A DNA stretch of 64,000 bases, taken from NCBI GenBank assembly GCA_964016885.1, contig OZ024742.1:5456001-5520000 (forward strand), in the 5' to 3' direction. Below, piece after piece: positions 25,301 to 38,000 of this stretch. The notes below the pieces were generated by a model that did not search any database, was not told the origin of the DNA, and saw nothing but the letters and a program-made list of their open reading frames with translations. The translations under genes were made by a program, and so were the position numbers. The DNA comes from Eledone cirrhosa. Taxonomy: Eukaryota. The stretch's first letter is position 1; each line of letters begins with the position of its first letter.

Positions 25301-26931
25301 TGAGGTATTACTGTTCTGGAGGAATAATTGTCCTGGAGGTATAACTGTCCTGGAGGTATAACGGTCCTGGAGGTATTACTGTCCTGGAGCTATTACTGTC
25401 CTGAAGGTATTACTGTCCTGGAGGTATAACTGTCCTGGAGGTATAACTGTCCTGGAGATATTACTGTCCTGGAGGTATAACTGTCCTGGAGGTATTACTG
25501 TCCCGGATTATTACTGTCCTGGAGGTAATACTATCCTGGAGGTATAACTGTCCTGGAGGATTTACTGTCCTGGAGATTTTACTGTCCTGGGGCTATAACT
25601 GTCCTGGAGGTATTACTGTCCTGGTACTTTAATTATCCTGGAGGCATTACTGTCCTGGAGGTCTTACTGTCCTGGAGGTATTACTGTCCTGGAGGTATTA
25701 CTGTCCTGGGGCTATAACTGTCCTGGAGGTATTACTGTCCTGGAACTATAATTATCCTGGAGGTATTACTGTCCTGTAGGTATTACTGTCCTGGAGGTAT
25801 AACTGTCCTGGAGGTGTTACTGTCCAGGAGGCATAACTGTCCTGGCGGTATTACAGTCCAGGAGAAATAACTGTCCTGGCGGTATTACTGTCCAGGAGGT
25901 ATAACTGTCCTGGCGGTATTACTGACCTGGAGGTATAACTCTCCTAGAGGTATAACTATCCTGGAGGTATAACTGTCCTGGAGATATAACTGTCCTGGCG
26001 CTATTACTGTCCAGGAGCTATAACTGTCTGTCCTGGAGGTATAACTGTCCAGGAGGTATAACTCTCCTGGAGATATAACTGTCCTGGCGGTATTACTGTA
26101 CAGGAGCTATAACTGTCTGTCCTAGAGGTATAACTGTCCTGGAGGTATAACTGTCTGGAGGTTTAACTGTCCTGGAGGTATAACTCTCTGTCCTGGAGGT
26201 ATAACTGATCTGGAGTTATTACTGTCCTGGAGATATTACCTTCCTGGGGGTATAACTGTCCTGGGGATGTAACTGTCCTGGAGGTATTTCTGTCCTGGAG
26301 GTATTACTGTCCTGGAGTATAACTGTCCTGGAGGTGTTACTGTCCAGGAGGTATAACTGTCCTGGCGGAATTACTGTCCAGGAGGTATAACTGTCCTGGC
26401 GGTATTACTGTCCAGGAGGTATAACTCTCCTGGAGGTATAACTGTCCCGGAGATATTACTGTCCTGGAGATATAACTGTCTTGGCGGTATTACTGTCCTG
26501 GAACTATAATTATCCTGGAGGTATTACTGTCCTGGAGGTATAAGTATCCTGGAGGTTTAACTGTCCTGGAGGTATAACTGTCCTGGAGATATAACTGTCC
26601 TGACGGTATTACTGTCCTGTAGGTAATACTGTCCTGGAGTATAACTGTCCTGGCGGTATTACTGTCCAGGAGATATAACTGTCCTGGCGGTATTAGTGTC
26701 TAGGGGGTATAACTGTCCTGGCTGTATAACTGACCTGGAGGTATTACTGTTCTGGAAGTATAACTGACCTGGAGGTATAACTGTCCTGGAGGTATAACTG
26801 TCCTGGAGGTATAACTGTCCTGGAGATATTACAGTCCTGGATGTATTATAGTCCTGGAGGTATATCTCTCCTGGACGTATAACTGTACTGGAGGTCTTAC
26901 TGTCAGGGATTATTACTGTCCTGGAGGTATT
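7385..26931 (+). repeat. 17-bp satellite array, block A
   Basis: Tandem ACTGTCCTGGAGGTAT(A/T), with 21-bp (+CTGT) and 16-bp variants. Confidence 0.98.
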
Positions 26932-28097
26932 GCTTCACGGCACAGGCATTGCTTTATATCTGGAGATCTCTCTGCACTTGTCGTCACATGGTACCATGGG
27001 CCCAGCACTATGTGTCAATAATTGTCACAAGTGTAGTGTTTGTACCAGAGTTTTCAAGTCGCTGGCTGGACTAAAAAACCACACTCGTTCAGCGCATCGG
27101 TAGGGGTTCTCCTACATGGATATAAAGTAGTGGCCGTACTCGAAAATGAGTTGGCAGCCACCACCATGTATGTATGTATGTATGTATGTATGTATGTATG
27201 TATGTATGTATGTATGTATGTATGTATGTATCCGGGAGAGATGACCCCTTAGCCTTTGTCAAGGCAGAATTCTAGAAGGAAAACTCTGATATAACACCTG
27301 CAACCCTGATGGTATCCAATGACGTTGACTTGTTCTTCTTTTTGGTAAATATCATCTTGGTCAAGAGAGTGGGACTGGCTTTGTGCAGTGCCTTTGCTCA
27401 CTATAAAAGCTTCACGGCACAGGCATTGCTTTATATCTGGAGATCTCTCTGCACTTGTCGTCACATGGTACCATGGGCCCAGCACTATGTGTCAATAATT
27501 GTCACAAGTGTAGTGTTTGTACCAGAGTTTTCAAGTCGCTGGCTGGACTAAAAAACCACACTCGTTCAGCGCATCGGTAGGGGTTCTCCTACATGGATAT
27601 AAAGTAGTGGCCGTACTCGAAAATGAGTTGGCAGCCACCACCATGTATGTATGTATGTATGTATGTATGTATGTATGTATGTATGTATGTATGTATGTAT
27701 GTATGTATGTATGTATGTATGTATGTATGTGTGTGTATGTATACATATTTAGGCATATATATATGTATATATATGTGTGTATATTTGTTCGTGTATGTGT
27801 ATATATATATATATGCGTTTACATGTATATGTTTAGGTTTGGATAAAAATACAGTTGACAGAATTTTAACAGACCACTTGCACATTTGAAATATTTGTAC
27901 CCCTTCATTTGTGGAGCAAAAGGCGAATTTATTAGGATTTGTTAGATTGGCTCGAAATTGAGCCAAATATCTTGGATCAAGTTATTAAAGTTGAGGAATG
28001 CGGGAGGACGATAGAGAGAAAAAACGGACACTTGAGAAATGGCACACGAAAACCTATCGTCGTCAGAAGAAAGCGCGCATGAGCAAATCCAGTGATT
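26932..28097 (+). repeat. Duplicated copy of 6237-7384 (partial plus whole (ATGT)-tailed element, and mariner remnant)
   Basis: Near-identical to 6237-7384 and starts mid-element at GCTTCACGGCACAGG. Confidence 0.95.
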
Positions 28098-31000
28098 AAC
28101 TGTCCTGGAGGTATAACTGTCTATCCTAGAGGTATAACTGTCTGTCCTGGAGGTATAACTGTCTGTCATGGAGGTATTAATGTCTATCCTGGAGGTATAA
28201 CTGTCCTGGAGGTATTGCTGTCCTGGAGGTATAACTGTCCTGGAGGTATTACTGTCCTGGAGGTATAACTGTCCTGGAGGTATTACTGTCCTGGAGGTAT
28301 TACTGTCCAGAAGGGATAACTGTCCTGGAGGTATTACTGTCCTGGAGGTATTACTGTCCTGGAGATATAACTGTCCTGGAGGTATTACTGTCCTGGTGGT
28401 ATTACTGTTCTGGAGGTATAACTGTCCTGTAGGTATAACTGTCTTGGAGCTATAAATGTCCTGGAGGTATTACTGTCCTGGAGGTATTGGTGTCCTGGAG
28501 GTATTACTGTCCTGGAGTATTACTGTCCTGGACTATTACTGTCCTGGAGGTATTACTGTCATGGCGGTATTACTGTCCTGGAGTATTGCTGTCCTGGAGG
28601 TATTACTGTCCTGCAGGTACAACTGTCCTGGAGGTATAACTGTGCTGGAGGTATAACTGTCCTAGAGGTATAACTGGCCTGGAGGTAAAACTGTGCTGGA
28701 GGTATAACTGTCCTAGAGGTATAACTGGCCTGGAGGTAAAACTGTGCTGGAGGTATAATTCTCTGTCCTGGAGGTATAACTCTCTGTCCTGGAGATATAA
28801 CTCTCCTGGATGTATAACTGTCTGTCCTGGAGATATTACTGTCCTGGAGGTATAACTGTGCTGGATGTATAATTGTGCTGGAGGTATAACTGTCTATCCT
28901 GGAGGTATAACAGTGCAGGAGGTATAACTCTCTGTCCTGGAGGTATAACGTCTGTCCTGGAGGTATAACTGTCCTGGAGGTATAACTGTTCTGGAGGTAT
29001 AATTGTGCTGGAGGTATAACTCTCTGTCCTGGAGTTATAATTGTCCTGGAGGTATAAATCACCTGGAGGTATTACTGTCCTGGAGGTATTACTGTCCTGG
29101 AGGTGTAACTGTCCTGGGGGTATAACTGTCCTTGAGGTATTACTGTCCTGGAGGTATTACTGTCCTGGAGGTATTTACTGTGCTGGAGGTATAACTGTCC
29201 TTGAGGTATTACTGTCCTGGAGGTATTACTGTCCAGGAGGTATTTACTGTGCTGGAGGTATAACTGTCCTGGAGGTATTACTGTCCTGGAGATATTACTG
29301 TCCTGGAGGTATTACTGTCCTGGAGTATTACTGTCCTGGAGGTATTACTGTCTTGGAGGTATTACTGTCCTGGAGGTATAACTGTCCTGGAGGTATATAT
29401 GTCCTGGAGGTATAATTCTCCTGGATGTATTACAGTTCTGGAGATATTACTGTCCTGGAGGTATTACTGTCCTAGAGTATTACTGTCCTGGAGGTATTAC
29501 TGTTCTGGAGGTATAACTGTCCTGGCGGTATTACTGTCCTGGAGGTATAACTGTCCTGGAGGTATTACTGTCCTGGAGGGATAACTGTCCTGGAGGTATT
29601 ACTGTCCTGGAGGTATTACTCTCCTAGAGGTATTACTGTCCTGGAGGTATTACTGTTCTGGAGGTATAACTGTCCTGGCGGTATTACTGTCCTGGAGGTA
29701 TAACTGTCCTGGAGCTATTACTGTCCTGGAGGTATAACTGCCCTGGAGGTATTACTGTCCTGGAGGAATTACTGTCCTGGAGGGATAACTGTCCTGGAGG
29801 TATTACTGTCCTGGAGGTATTACTCTCCTAGAGGTATTACTGTCCTGGAGGTATTACTATTTGTACTGGAGGTATAACTGTCCTGGAGGTATAACTGTCC
29901 TGGCGGTATAACTGTCCTGGAGGTATTACTGACTTGGAGGTATTACTGTCCTGGAGGTATTACTGTCCTGGAGGTATAACTTCCTGGAGCTATTACTGTC
30001 CTGGAGGTATAACTGTCCTGGAGGTATTACTGTCCTGGAGGTATAACTGTCCTGGAGGTATTACTGTCCTGGAGGTATAACTGTCCTGGAGCTATTACTG
30101 TCCTGGAGGTATAACTGTCCTGGAGGTATTACTGTCCTGGAGGTATAACTGTCCTGGAGGTATTACTGTCCTGGAGGTATAACTGTCCTGGAGCTATTAC
30201 TGTCCTGGAGGTATAACTGTCCTGGAGGTATTACTGTCCTGGAGGTATAACTGTCCTGGAGGTATTACTGTCCTGGAAGTATAACTGTCCTGGAGGTATA
30301 ACTGTCCTGGAGGTATTACTGTCCTGGATGTATTACTGTACTGGTGTTATAAGCGTCCTGTAGGTATAACTGTCCTGTAGGTATAACTGTCCTGGAGGTA
30401 TTACTGACTTGGAGGTATTACTGTCCTGGAGGTATAACTGTCCTGGAGGTATTACTGTCCAGGAGGTATAACTGTTTTGGAGGTTTTTCTGTCCTGGAGT
30501 TATTAGTGTCCTGGAGATATAACTGTCCTGGAGGTATTACTCTCCTGGATTTATTACTGTCCTAGTGGTATAAGCGTCCTGTAGGTATAACTGTCTTGTA
30601 GGTATTACTGTCCTGGAGGTATTACTGACTTGGAGGTATTACTGTCCTGGAGGTATAAATGTCCTGTACGTATTACTGTCCTGGAGGTATTACTCTCCTG
30701 GAGGTATTACTGGCCTGGAGGTATAACTGTTCCGGGGTATTATTGTCCTGGAGGTATAACTGTCTTGGAGGTATTACTGTCCTGGAGGTATTACTGTCCT
30801 GGAGGTATTACTGTCCTGGAAGTATAACTGTCCTGGAGGTATTACTGTCCTGGAGGTATAACTGTCCTGGAGGTATTACTGTCCTGGAAGTATAACTGTC
30901 CTGGAGGTATTACTGTCCTGGAAGTATAACTGTCCTGGAGGTATAACTGTCCTGGAGGTATAACTGTCTTGGAGGTATTACTGTCCTGCAGGTATTACTG

Positions 31001-33904
31001 TCCTGGAGGTATAACTGTCCTGGAGGTATTACTGTCCTGGAGCTATAATTGTCCTGGAGGTATTATTGTTCTGGAGGTATTACTATTTGTACTGGAGGGA
31101 TAACTGTCCTGGAGGTATTACTGTCCTCGAGGTATAACTGTGTGTCCTGGATGTATATCTTTCCTGGAGTTATAACTGTCTGTCCTGGAGGTATAAATGT
31201 CCTGGAGGTATTACTGTCCTGGAGGTATCACTGTCCTGGAGGTATGACTCTCTTGAAGGTATAACTGTCCTGGACGTATTACTTTCCTGGAGGTATTTCT
31301 CTCCTGGAGGTATTACTGTCCTGGAGGTATAACTGTCCTGGCGGTATAACTGTACTGGAGGTATTACTGTCCTGGAGGTATTACTGTCCTGGAGGTATCA
31401 CTGTCCTGGAGGTATGACTATCTTGGAGGTATAACTGTCCTGGACGTATTACTGTCCTGGAGGTATTTCTCTCCTGGAGGTATAACTGTCCTGGAGGTAT
31501 TACTGTCCTGGAGGTATAACTGTCCTGGCGGTATAACTGTCCTGGAGGTATTACTGTCCTGGAGGTATTACTGTCCTGGAGGTATAACTGTCCTGGAGGT
31601 ATAACTATCCTGGAGGTATTACTGTCCTGGAGGTATAACTGTCCGGGCGGTATAACTGTCCTGGAGGTTTTACTGTCCTCGAGGTATTACTGTCCTGGAG
31701 GTATAACTGTCCGGGCGGTACAACTGTCCTCGAGATATTACTGTCCTGGAGCTATTACTGTCCTGGAGGTATGACTGTACTTGAGGTATTACTGTCCTGG
31801 TGGTATTACTGTTCTGAAGGTATAACTGTCCTGTAGGTATAACTGTCCTGGAGGTATAACTGTCATGGAGGTATAAATGTCCTGGAGATATAACTGGCCT
31901 GGAGGTAAAACTGTGCTGGAGCTATAACTCTCTGTTTTGGAGGTATAACAGTCCTGGAGGTATAACTCTCTGTCCTGGAGGTATAACTGTGCAGCAGGTA
32001 TAACTGTCCTGGAGATATAACTTTCTGTCCTGGAGGTATAACTGTGCAGGAGGCATAACTGTCTGTCCTGGAGATATATACTGTCCTGGAGGTATAACTG
32101 TGCTGGATGTATAATTGTGCTGGAGTTATACCTGTCTATCCTGGAGGTATAACAGTGCAGGAGGTATAACTCTCTGTCCTGGAGGTATAACGTCTGTCCT
32201 GGAGGTATAACTGTTCTGTAGGTATAATTGTGCTGGAGGTATAACTGTTCTCGAGGTATAACTATGCTGGAGGTATAACTGTCTGTCCAGGAGGTATAAC
32301 TGTCCTGGAGTTATAACTGTCCTGGAGGTATAAATCCCCTGGAGGTATTGCTGTCCTCGAGGTATTACTGTCCTGGAGGTGTAACTGTCCTGGAGGTATA
32401 ACTGTCCTGGGGGTATAACTGTCCTTGAGGTATTACTGTCCTGGAGGTATAACTGTCCTGGAAGTATTTACTGTGCTGGAGGTATAACTGTCCTGGAGGT
32501 ATTACTGTCCTGGAGGTATTTACTGTGCTGGAGGTATAACTGTCCTGGAGTATTACTGTCCTGGAGATATTACTGTCCTGGAGGTATTACTATCCTGGAG
32601 TATTACTGTCCTGGAGGTATTACTGTCCTGGAGGTCTTACTGTCCTGGAGGTATTACTGTCCTGGAGGTATTACTGTCCTGGGGCTATAACTGTCCTGGA
32701 GGTATTACTGTCCTGGAACTATAATTATCCTGGAGGTATTACTGTCCTGTAGGTATTACTGTCCTGGAGGTATAACTGTCCTGGAGGTGTTACTGTCCAG
32801 GAGGCATAACTGTCCTGGCGGTATTACAGTCCAGGAGAAATAACTGTCCTGGCGGTATTACTGTCCAGGAGGTATAACTGTCCTGGCGGTATTACTGACC
32901 TGGAGGTATAACTCTCCTAGAGGTATAACTATCCTGGAGGTATAACTGTCCTGGAGATATAACTGTCCTGGCGCTATTACTGTCCAGGAGCTATAACTGT
33001 CTGTCCTGGAGGTATAACTGTCCAGGAGGTATAACTCTCCTGGAGATATAACTGTCCTGGCGGTATTACTGTACAGGAGCTATAACTGTCTGTCCTAGAG
33101 GTATAACTGTCCTGGAGGTATAACTGTCTGGAGGTTTAACTGTCCTGGAGGTATAACTCTCTGTCCTGGAGGTATAACTGATCTGGAGTTATTACTGTCC
33201 TGGAGATATTACCTTCCTGGGGGTATAACTGTCCTGGGGATGTAACTGTCCTGGAGGTATTTCTGTCCTGGAGGTATTACTGTCCTGGAGTATAACTGTC
33301 CTGGAGGTGTTACTGTCCAGGAGGTATAACTGTCCTGGCGGAATTACTGTCCAGGAGGTATAACTGTCCTGGCGGTATTACTGTCCAGGAGGTATAACTC
33401 TCCTGGAGGTATAACTGTCCCGGAGATATTACTGTCCTGGAGATATAACTGTCTTGGCGGTATTACTGTCCTGGAACTATAATTATCCTGGAGGTATTAC
33501 TGTCCTGGAGGTATAAGTATCCTGGAGGTTTAACTGTCCTGGAGGTATAACTGTCCTGGAGATATAACTGTCCTGACGGTATTACTGTCCTGTAGGTAAT
33601 ACTGTCCTGGAGTATAACTGTCCTGGCGGTATTACTGTCCAGGAGATATAACTGTCCTGGCGGTATTAGTGTCTAGGGGGTATAACTGTCCTGGCTGTAT
33701 AACTGACCTGGAGGTATTACTGTTCTGGAAGTATAACTGACCTGGAGGTATAACTGTCCTGGAGGTATAACTGTCCTGGAGGTATAACTGTCCTGGAGAT
33801 ATTACAGTCCTGGATGTATTATAGTCCTGGAGGTATATCTCTCCTGGACGTATAACTGTACTGGAGGTCTTACTGTCAGGGATTATTACTGTCCTGGAGG
33901 TATT
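28098..33904 (+). repeat. 17-bp satellite array, block B (recombinant, internally deleted)
   Basis: Matches the array start up to ~32630, then switches to the sequence found at ~25655-26931. Confidence 0.95.
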
Positions 33905-35070
33905 GCTTCACGGCACAGGCATTGCTTTATATCTGGAGATCTCTCTGCACTTGTCGTCACATGGTACCATGGGCCCAGCACTATGTGTCAATAATTGTCA
34001 CAAGTGTAGTGTTTGTACCAGAGTTTTCAAGTCGCTGGCTGGACTAAAAAACCACACTCGTTCAGCGCATCGGTAGGGGTTCTCCTACATGGATATAAAG
34101 TAGTGGCCGTACTCGAAAATGAGTTGGCAGCCACCACCATGTATGTATGTATGTATGTATGTATGTATGTATGTATGTATGTATGTATGTATGTATGTAT
34201 GTATCCGGGAGAGATGACCCCTTAGCCTTTGTCAAGGCAGAATTCTAGAAGGAAAACTCTGATATAACACCTGCAACCCTGATGGTATCCAATGACGTTG
34301 ACTTGTTCTTCTTTTTGGTAAATATCATCTTGGTCAAGAGAGTGGGACTGGCTTTGTGCAGTGCCTTTGCTCACTATAAAAGCTTCACGGCACAGGCATT
34401 GCTTTATATCTGGAGATCTCTCTGCACTTGTCGTCACATGGTACCATGGGCCCAGCACTATGTGTCAATAATTGTCACAAGTGTAGTGTTTGTACCAGAG
34501 TTTTCAAGTCGCTGGCTGGACTAAAAAACCACACTCGTTCAGCGCATCGGTAGGGGTTCTCCTACATGGATATAAAGTAGTGGCCGTACTCGAAAATGAG
34601 TTGGCAGCCACCACCATGTATGTATGTATGTATGTATGTATGTATGTATGTATGTATGTATGTATGTATGTATGTATGTATGTATGTATGTATGTATGTA
34701 TGTGTGTGTATGTATACATATTTAGGCATATATATATGTATATATATGTGTGTATATTTGTTCGTGTATGTGTATATATATATATATGCGTTTACATGTA
34801 TATGTTTAGGTTTGGATAAAAATACAGTTGACAGAATTTTAACAGACCACTTGCACATTTGAAATATTTGTACCCCTTCATTTGTGGAGCAAAAGGCGAA
34901 TTTATTAGGATTTGTTAGATTGGCTCGAAATTGAGCCAAATATCTTGGATCAAGTTATTAAAGTTGAGGAATGCGGGAGGACGATAGAGAGAAAAAACGG
35001 ACACTTGAGAAATGGCACACGAAAACCTATCGTCGTCAGAAGAAAGCGCGCATGAGCAAATCCAGTGATT
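33905..35070 (+). repeat. Third copy of the 6237-7384 segment
   Basis: Matches 26932-28097 at an offset of 6973. Confidence 0.95.
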
Positions 35071-38000
35071 AACTGTCCTGGAGGTATAACTGTCTATCCT
35101 AGAGGTATAACTGTCTGTCCTGGAGGTATAACTGTCTGTCATGGAGGTATTAATGTCTATCCTGGAGGTATAACTGTCCTGGAGGTATTGCTGTCCTGGA
35201 GGTATAACTGTCCTGGAGGTATTACTGTCCTGGAGGTATAACTGTCCTGGAGGTATTACTGTCCTGGAGGTATTACTGTCCAGAAGGGATAACTGTCCTG
35301 GAGGTATTACTGTCCTGGAGGTATTACTGTCCTGGAGATATAACTGTCCTGGAGGTATTACTGTCCTGGTGGTATTACTGTTCTGGAGGTATAACTGTCC
35401 TGTAGGTATAACTGTCTTGGAGCTATAAATGTCCTGGAGGTATTACTGTCCTGGAGGTATTGGTGTCCTGGAGGTATTACTGTCCTGGAGTATTACTGTC
35501 CTGGACTATTACTGTCCTGGAGGTATTACTGTCATGGCGGTATTACTGTCCTGGAGTATTGCTGTCCTGGAGGTATTACTGTCCTGCAGGTACAACTGTC
35601 CTGGAGGTATAACTGTGCTGGAGGTATAACTGTCCTAGAGGTATAACTGGCCTGGAGGTAAAACTGTGCTGGAGGTATAACTGTCCTAGAGGTATAACTG
35701 GCCTGGAGGTAAAACTGTGCTGGAGGTATAATTCTCTGTCCTGGAGGTATAACTCTCTGTCCTGGAGATATAACTCTCCTGGATGTATAACTGTCTGTCC
35801 TGGAGATATTACTGTCCTGGAGGTATAACTGTGCTGGATGTATAATTGTGCTGGAGGTATAACTGTCTATCCTGGAGGTATAACAGTGCAGGAGGTATAA
35901 CTCTCTGTCCTGGAGGTATAACGTCTGTCCTGGAGGTATAACTGTCCTGGAGGTATAACTGTTCTGGAGGTATAATTGTGCTGGAGGTATAACTCTCTGT
36001 CCTGGAGTTATAATTGTCCTGGAGGTATAAATCACCTGGAGGTATTACTGTCCTGGAGGTATTACTGTCCTGGAGGTGTAACTGTCCTGGGGGTATAACT
36101 GTCCTTGAGGTATTACTGTCCTGGAGGTATTACTGTCCTGGAGGTATTTACTGTGCTGGAGGTATAACTGTCCTTGAGGTATTACTGTCCTGGAGGTATT
36201 ACTGTCCAGGAGGTATTTACTGTGCTGGAGGTATAACTGTCCTGGAGGTATTACTGTCCTGGAGATATTACTGTCCTGGAGGTATTACTGTCCTGGAGTA
36301 TTACTGTCCTGGAGGTATTACTGTCTTGGAGGTATTACTGTCCTGGAGGTATAACTGTCCTGGAGGTATATATGTCCTGGAGGTATAATTCTCCTGGATG
36401 TATTACAGTTCTGGAGATATTACTGTCCTGGAGGTATTACTGTCCTAGAGTATTACTGTCCTGGAGGTATTACTGTTCTGGAGGTATAACTGTCCTGGCG
36501 GTATTACTGTCCTGGAGGTATAACTGTCCTGGAGGTATTACTGTCCTGGAGGGATAACTGTCCTGGAGGTATTACTGTCCTGGAGGTATTACTCTCCTAG
36601 AGGTATTACTGTCCTGGAGGTATTACTGTTCTGGAGGTATAACTGTCCTGGCGGTATTACTGTCCTGGAGGTATAACTGTCCTGGAGCTATTACTGTCCT
36701 GGAGGTATAACTGCCCTGGAGGTATTACTGTCCTGGAGGAATTACTGTCCTGGAGGGATAACTGTCCTGGAGGTATTACTGTCCTGGAGGTATTACTCTC
36801 CTAGAGGTATTACTGTCCTGGAGGTATTACTATTTGTACTGGAGGTATAACTGTCCTGGAGGTATAACTGTCCTGGCGGTATAACTGTCCTGGAGGTATT
36901 ACTGACTTGGAGGTATTACTGTCCTGGAGGTATTACTGTCCTGGAGGTATAACTTCCTGGAGCTATTACTGTCCTGGAGGTATAACTGTCCTGGAGGTAT
37001 TACTGTCCTGGAGGTATAACTGTCCTGGAGGTATTACTGTCCTGGAGGTATAACTGTCCTGGAGCTATTACTGTCCTGGAGGTATAACTGTCCTGGAGGT
37101 ATTACTGTCCTGGAGGTATAACTGTCCTGGAGGTATTACTGTCCTGGAGGTATAACTGTCCTGGAGCTATTACTGTCCTGGAGGTATAACTGTCCTGGAG
37201 GTATTACTGTCCTGGAGGTATAACTGTCCTGGAGGTATTACTGTCCTGGAAGTATAACTGTCCTGGAGGTATAACTGTCCTGGAGGTATTACTGTCCTGG
37301 ATGTATTACTGTACTGGTGTTATAAGCGTCCTGTAGGTATAACTGTCCTGTAGGTATAACTGTCCTGGAGGTATTACTGACTTGGAGGTATTACTGTCCT
37401 GGAGGTATAACTGTCCTGGAGGTATTACTGTCCAGGAGGTATAACTGTTTTGGAGGTTTTTCTGTCCTGGAGTTATTAGTGTCCTGGAGATATAACTGTC
37501 CTGGAGGTATTACTCTCCTGGATTTATTACTGTCCTAGTGGTATAAGCGTCCTGTAGGTATAACTGTCTTGTAGGTATTACTGTCCTGGAGGTATTACTG
37601 ACTTGGAGGTATTACTGTCCTGGAGGTATAAATGTCCTGTACGTATTACTGTCCTGGAGGTATTACTCTCCTGGAGGTATTACTGGCCTGGAGGTATAAC
37701 TGTTCCGGGGTATTATTGTCCTGGAGGTATAACTGTCTTGGAGGTATTACTGTCCTGGAGGTATTACTGTCCTGGAGGTATTACTGTCCTGGAAGTATAA
37801 CTGTCCTGGAGGTATTACTGTCCTGGAGGTATAACTGTCCTGGAGGTATTACTGTCCTGGAAGTATAACTGTCCTGGAGGTATTACTGTCCTGGAAGTAT
37901 AACTGTCCTGGAGGTATAACTGTCCTGGAGGTATAACTGTCTTGGAGGTATTACTGTCCTGGAGGTATTACTGTCCTGGAGGTATAACTGTCCTGGAGGT

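Noticed and set aside
7385-26931. Satellite as a telomeric repeat, or as an array of splice donors (AG/GTAT) or Dcm sites (CCTGG)
   Set aside because: It is not TTAGGG-like and is flanked by ordinary DNA on both sides. The short motif matches are expected by chance and have no supporting context.
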